From contig NC_043018.1 of assembly GCF_006345805.1 (NCBI RefSeq), positions 11,656,001 through 11,720,000 on the forward strand: a stretch of DNA of 64,000 bases, read 5' to 3'. The stretch is from Octopus sinensis (lineage: Eukaryota). Below are positions 63,801 to 64,000 of this stretch, one piece after another. The number at the start of each line of letters is the position of its first letter. Within the stretch, counting starts at the first letter, position 1. Under the pieces are notes generated by a model, which was not told the origin of the DNA, searched no databases, and saw only the letters and a program-made list of their open reading frames with translations. The position numbers and the translations under genes were made by a program.

Positions 63801-64000
63801 TTGGCGATATGCCACGCTTGAGAAGACCCATCAAGCCAAGTGAAATTGTAGTCATGGTCAATGCTGGTGTCATGTGCCAGTGGCACGTAAAAAGCACCTT
63901 TTGAACACTGGGCCTCATGGAGGCAATGACAAGTGACCAAGACCTTTGGCGATATGCCACGCTTGAGAAGACCCATCAAGCCAAGTGAAATTGTAGTCGT
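48873..64000. repeat. 145-bp satellite DNA array, ~104 copies in the window, running off the right edge
   Basis: Monomer GCAATGACAAGTGACCAAGACCTTTGGCGATATGCCACGCTTGAGAAGACCCATCAAGCCAAGTGAAATTGTAGTCATGGTCAATGCTGGTGTCATGTGCCAGTGGCACGTAAAAAGCACCTTTTGAACACTGGGCCTCATGGAG; ORF track repeats with a 145-bp offset. Confidence 0.99.

Noticed and set aside
48789-63979. About 130 repeated 60-255 aa ORFs (MAYRQRSWSLVIASMR...)
   Set aside because: By-products of translating a 145-bp satellite; 145 is not a multiple of 3, and the only meaningful frame is a short RTE C-terminal remnant.

Overview
Eukaryotic, AT-rich, repeat-dense animal DNA. The repeat families resemble those I recall from octopus/coleoid cephalopods; this is an inference, not a database match. 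Two + strand genes are present. The first is the last three coding exons of a TMEM39A/B-family gene (13397-15870). The second is a complete aquaglyceroporin (AQP3/7/9/10 clade, 305 aa, 25665/31587-44770) that has two intact duplicated first coding exons (25665-25742 and 31587-31664), both phase-compatible with one shared exon 2. The rest is a mosaic of decayed mobile elements: RTE, CR1-like, Tx1/L1-like and R4/Dong-like LINEs, Penelope fragments with relic hammerhead ribozyme motifs, Tc1 and mariner relics, a Helitron-type end, a palindromic CAC-ended MITE, several SINE families, and micro/minisatellites. From 48873 to the window end is a very homogeneous 145-bp satellite (~104 copies) whose monomer derives from the ORF end and 3' UTR of an RTE LINE family also present in this window. 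The main leads are: the alternative first exons; the LINE-derived satellite; a tRNA-headed SINE carrying a hammerhead motif; a 3.5-kb A-B-B'-C-C'-A' branched foldback element between the two first exons; and a 71-bp inverted repeat just 3' of the aquaporin stop. All alignments and counts were done by eye.
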